A DNA stretch of 64,000 nucleotides from an uncultured cyanobacterium (GTDB lineage Bacteria; Cyanobacteriota; Cyanobacteriia; Cyanobacteriales; Microcystaceae). This document shows, one piece after another, positions 60,524-64,000 of this stretch. The notes under the pieces were generated by a model. The model worked only from the letters and a program-made list of their open reading frames with translations, searched no databases and was not told where the DNA came from. The stretch covers positions 1 through 64,000 of the forward strand of contig CAWEDJ010000041.1 in assembly GCA_963807635.1 (NCBI GenBank). Reading direction: 5' to 3'. Position numbers and translations under genes: made by a program. Each line of letters begins with the position of its first letter. Positions within the stretch are counted from its first letter, which is position 1.

Positions 60524-61318
60524 ATGACTTCGGTTTCTGATTGTTTTCAATCCCTCCGTAATTCCCACCAATGCGCCCTGATTCCCTTCCTCACCGCAGG
60601 AGACCCCGATCTCGCCACCACTGCTAAAGCTCTACGAATTTTAGACAAAGCAGGGGCAGATTTGATTGAATTAGGAGTTCCCTATTCCGATCCCTTAGCT
60701 GATGGGCCTGTCATTCAAGCCGCCGCAACTCGTGCCTTGGGTCATGGGGTGAAGTTAGAAGATGTTTTAGAAGTCGTGAAAGATGCTCAAGCCGATATTA
60801 AGGCTCCTATCATTCTTTTTACTTACTACAATCCGATTTTTTATCGTGGTGTGGAATCGTTTCTCAAACAAATTGTGGAAGCGGGCGTGAAAGGATTGGT
60901 TGTGCCTGATTTACCCCTCGAAGAGTCGGAAAATTTGATTAAACCCGCCGCCGCTCTAGGAATTGATTTAACTCTCCTAATTGCGCCAACGAGTCCCATT
61001 GAACGTATTCAGGCGATCGCCAAACAATCCCAGGGTTTTATTTATTTAGTGAGTGTGACAGGGGTGACAGGAATCCGCAGTCAAGTAGCCACTAGGGTTG
61101 AAGAATTAATCGCCAAAATTCATGAAGTGACGGATAAGCCCGTTGGAGTTGGTTTTGGTATTTCTCAACCCGAACAAGCCTTACAAATGAAGCAATGGGG
61201 AGCCGATGCGGTCATTGTAGGTAGTGCTTTCGTTAAACGCCTAGCGGAAGGATCTCCCGAAGAAGGATTAAAATCGATTGAGCTGTTCTGTCGTGAGTTA
61301 AAGGCTGCAATTATATAG
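60524..61318 (+). CDS. trpA: tryptophan synthase alpha chain
   Basis: [38 protein letters not shown]. Confidence 0.98.
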   Translation: MTSVSDCFQSLRNSHQCALIPFLTAGDPDLATTAKALRILDKAGADLIELGVPYSDPLADGPVIQAAATRALGHGVKLEDVLEVVKDAQADIKAPIILFTYYNPIFYRGVESFLKQIVEAGVKGLVVPDLPLEESENLIKPAAALGIDLTLLIAPTSPIERIQAIAKQSQGFIYLVSVTGVTGIRSQVATRVEELIAKIHEVTDKPVGVGFGISQPEQALQMKQWGADAVIVGSAFVKRLAEGSPEEGLKSIELFCRELKAAII

Positions 61319-61441
61319 GGGCGGCGATCGCCTAAAATCGACAACTTGAAAATTTTGGATATCCTATATAAGAGGATGATAATTTACATAAGCCAATTTT
61401 TTAATGCCCTGTTTAATTAAACGAAAGATAAGGAGAGATTA

Positions 61442-62101
61442 ATGCCAGTAGGATTACCTGAATTTATCGAAAACCCAGAAAATCGTTGTCCTGTTATTTT
61501 ATTATTAGATACTTCTCGTTCAATGTCTGGGCCCCCCATTGAGGAATTAAATCGGGGGTTAATGGCCTTTAAAGAAGATCTTTTGCGGGATACCCAGGCC
61601 TCTCTAAGTGTGGAAGTTGCGATTATTCAATTCGGTAAAACGGTCAAGTTGGTTCAGGATTTTGTCACCGTTGATGAGTTTTCTCCTCCTAATCTGCGAG
61701 CAGATGGTTTAACCCCGATGGGACAGGCGATCAATTACGCGCTAGATCTGTTGGAACAGAGGAAAACAACCTATAAAAGTAATGGAATTCAATATTATCG
61801 CCCTTGGGTTTTTATGATTACCGATGGAGCCCCGACAGATATGTGGAAAAACGCTTCCAAACGGTTACAAGAGGCTGAACAGGCTAATAAGTTATTGTTT
61901 TTTACCGCCGCCGTAGAAGGGGCTGATATGGATACCCTCAGTTATATCACTCCACCCGCTCGCCCTCCTGTGATGCTTAATGGATTAGATTTTAGTTCTC
62001 TCTTTATCTGGTTGAGCGGTTCCATGAAGCGGGTTTCTAGTGGGAAAGTTGGGGATGTTATTGTGCTTCCTCCCGTTGGTTGGGGACAAATTACCACCTA
62101 G
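61442..62101 (+). CDS. vWA domain protein (TerY-like)
   Basis: MIDAS LLLDTSRSM, TPMGQA, YYRPWVFMITDGAPTD, FIWLS.SM. Confidence 0.88.
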   Translation: MPVGLPEFIENPENRCPVILLLDTSRSMSGPPIEELNRGLMAFKEDLLRDTQASLSVEVAIIQFGKTVKLVQDFVTVDEFSPPNLRADGLTPMGQAINYALDLLEQRKTTYKSNGIQYYRPWVFMITDGAPTDMWKNASKRLQEAEQANKLLFFTAAVEGADMDTLSYITPPARPPVMLNGLDFSSLFIWLSGSMKRVSSGKVGDVIVLPPVGWGQITT

Positions 62102-62105
62102 TTCA

Positions 62106-63000
62106 ATGGCAATAGTCCAACGTTTATTTTGCGTCGGGTTGATGGGGTTAGGGTTAGCCAGTTGTGGAGATGGGCGATCGCCGATTGTATCTTCCCCATC
62201 GGTTAAACCGTCCCCCGCAGCATTGCCCATTTATCAAGTGTATGAATTGCCCCACAGCAAGGTTCACACGTTGCGAATTCCTGTTCAGGGAAATTTTGAA
62301 GTCACGGTTGCGGTTTCTCCCAATTTAAGAACGGTTGCTGAATTTGCCGCTAAAAATCAGGCGATCGCGGCTCTCAATGGCGGCTTTTTCGATGCTCAAA
62401 ATGAAAAAACAACGGCTTACCTGACTCAAAATGGTCAAATAGTCGGTAATCCCCAAGAGAATGAACGATTAACCCAAAATCCGAAACTTAAACCCTATTT
62501 ATCTCAAATTTTTAATCGCAGTGAGTTCCGTCGTTATCAATGCGGCACAACCAACCGTTATGCGATCGCACCCCATGATGCCCCCATTCCCCCAAATTGC
62601 GAGTTGAAAGATGCGTTAGGCGGCGGCCCCTCGTTTGTTACCAACAATAACGGCGACGGAAGAAGGCTTTTGGGCAGAAAATCAAGGAAAAGTTATTCGA
62701 GATGCAATCACTCTGAAACAACGCAATGCTCGTACTGCGATCGGGATTACGTCATCGGGGGATTTGCTCTGGGTGATGGCGGCTCAAAAAAAGGAATTGG
62801 GGCAAAATTCGGGTTTATCTTTGCCAGAGTTAGCGGATTTTATGCGATCGCAGGGAATTCAAGACGCTTTGAACTTGGATGGAGGAAGTTCTTCGGGAAT
62901 GTATTATCAGGGCAAAATATTTTTAGGTAAACTAACGGCAAAAGGTGAACCTGTGGTGCGATCGGTTAAGTCGGTTTTAGTGTTGCGATCGCGGTCTTAA
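62106..63000 (+). CDS. phosphodiester glycosidase (NAGPA-like) lipoprotein (frameshift ~62628)
   Basis: Lipobox LASC, LNGGFF, NARTAIG, ALNLDGGSSS. Confidence 0.85.
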
Positions 63001-63036
63001 AGTTTAGTCAACAAGATGACGGCGATCAGATTATTT

Positions 63037-63306
63037 TTAAGGGAAATTTTTGTAAAATCCTTCTCGACTCTCTATTTTGAGAATTTCGATAACTTCGCCA
63101 TCCCAAAAAATTCCAATACGATAGTTGTAGTCAAATTTAATACGATAATATCCTGAGAAGCCTTTTAGTACTTCAAGATCGGGGATTTCGGATAGTGATT
63201 GAGAACTTCCAATTGCTTCAATACATTTTCTAACTTTTGCGAGAATTTTTTGGTCATTAATTTTATCTAAATCTTTTTTGAAGCGTTTGGCAATCTGATA
63301 TTTCAT
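63037..63306 (-). CDS. RelE/ParE-family toxin
   Basis: FKKDLDKI, LKGFSGYYRIK..YNYRIG, REGFYKNFP. Confidence 0.85.
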   Translation of the reverse strand: MKYQIAKRFKKDLDKINDQKILAKVRKCIEAIGSSQSLSEIPDLEVLKGFSGYYRIKFDYNYRIGIFWDGEVIEILKIESREGFYKNFP

Positions 63307-63530
63307 TGAGGTAAACTCTCCAAGAGAGATTGAGACTCTAATTCAGATAAAAATCCTTCTTTTCGAGAATTATCACAAGCTAAATAAAGGATAAAGTCTT
63401 CTAATTCAGAGGAATTATTTTGAAATAAAAGTTGTAGAAAGCCTTGTCGGATTTCTAGGGGTAAGGTTTGAAAGAGGCTATAGAAACCTCTGCTAGTTAG
63501 TAAAGAATCTGTAATTTCTGCTTGACTCAT
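63303..63530 (-). CDS. putative antitoxin, also fused in frame to the upstream YoeB fragment
   Basis: ATG 63530 with an AAGGA RBS; ATGA overlap with the toxin gene. Confidence 0.6.
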   Translation of the reverse strand: MSQAEITDSLLTSRGFYSLFQTLPLEIRQGFLQLLFQNNSSELEDFILYLACDNSRKEGFLSELESQSLLESLPQ

Positions 63531-63554
63531 GGCTGTTTTTTCCTTTTTTAGACA

Positions 63555-63677
63555 GTAGAAGGGATGGCGTAATATATCGTCAATTAAGTTAACTATTTTT
63601 TTATAGAGTTTTTTATCTTCTATAGCCCATTCATTGAATTGTTTAAAGGCTTTCGGATCAAATACTATATTTTTCAT
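63555..63677 (-). pseudogene. truncated Txe/YoeB toxin (first ~41 aa)
   Basis: MKNIVFDPKAFKQFNEWAIEDKKLYKKIVNLIDDILRHPF; lacks the GIGKPE/SRRI/HRLVY half. Confidence 0.7.
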
Positions 63678-63912
63678 GCCATTCTTTTGCAGTAATCGTC
63701 ACTAGGTTTTCTTTATTTTCTATTCTTTCAATGGCTTCGGATAATTCGCGCTGATTAGCTTCTGTTGAAAGAAGATATTCGGTTGTGTCGGGTTCAGTAT
63801 CAGATACTAAAATAATAATATCTACATCTGTACCTTCTTCTAGTTCCGTAGAATGAAGCTCTATTTTTCCTTCTCTACCAACAATTCCTTTCTGTTTAAT
63901 GGCTCTAATCAC
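63658..63912 (-). CDS. antitoxin with YefM-like C-terminus
   Basis: DTTEYLLSTEAN..L..AI motif; overlaps the yoeB start. Confidence 0.7.
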   Translation of the reverse strand: MIRAIKQKGIVGREGKIELHSTELEEGTDVDIIILVSDTEPDTTEYLLSTEANQRELSEAIERIENKENLVTITAKEWHEKYSI

Positions 63913-64000
63913 GATTTTTCTCCTAAGATGTCAAGCGATTACGGCTATTATATCAAAACCAGGATGAGTTAAAACTGATGACAATAAAAGCGATCGCGTT

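Overview
Cyanobacterial chromosome segment, probably from a unicellular freshwater relative of Synechocystis/Microcystis (dense HIP1 GCGATCGC; psaK, ndhM, petL, ccsB). The backbone is housekeeping: ligA, ccsB, purK, cobI, trpF, pstSCABB with a Pho box, cax, tRNA-Asn, rseP, nth, guaA, gcvH, plsC, prx, rnj, dapA, asd, tig-clpP-clpX, argD, pyrB, aroB, a cobalamin riboswitch with cbtB, and trpA. Mobile elements are three IS630 copies (one inside ligA, one nested in an IS5) and two IS5 copies. HIP1-poor, AT-rich accessory islets are: (i) a four-gene minus-strand cluster at the ligA 3' end (DUF2293-like, small basic protein, GIY-YIG nuclease, TIR/NDT-like protein), my best candidate for an undescribed defence system; (ii) an ABC-ATPase + TOPRIM pair; (iii) a single-polypeptide Type IIG/ISP-like R-M gene; (iv) a ~5 kb islet bounded by a 37-bp duplication of a gene 3' end that stops at a HIP1 site; (v) toxin-antitoxin loci, one chimeric. 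A 24-nt double-hairpin element sits in frame inside a HIP1 site of trpF. Many core genes carry single-base frameshifts, mostly at GGCC or homopolymers, which I read as probable sequencing artefacts. All calls come from reading motifs by eye; no searches were run.
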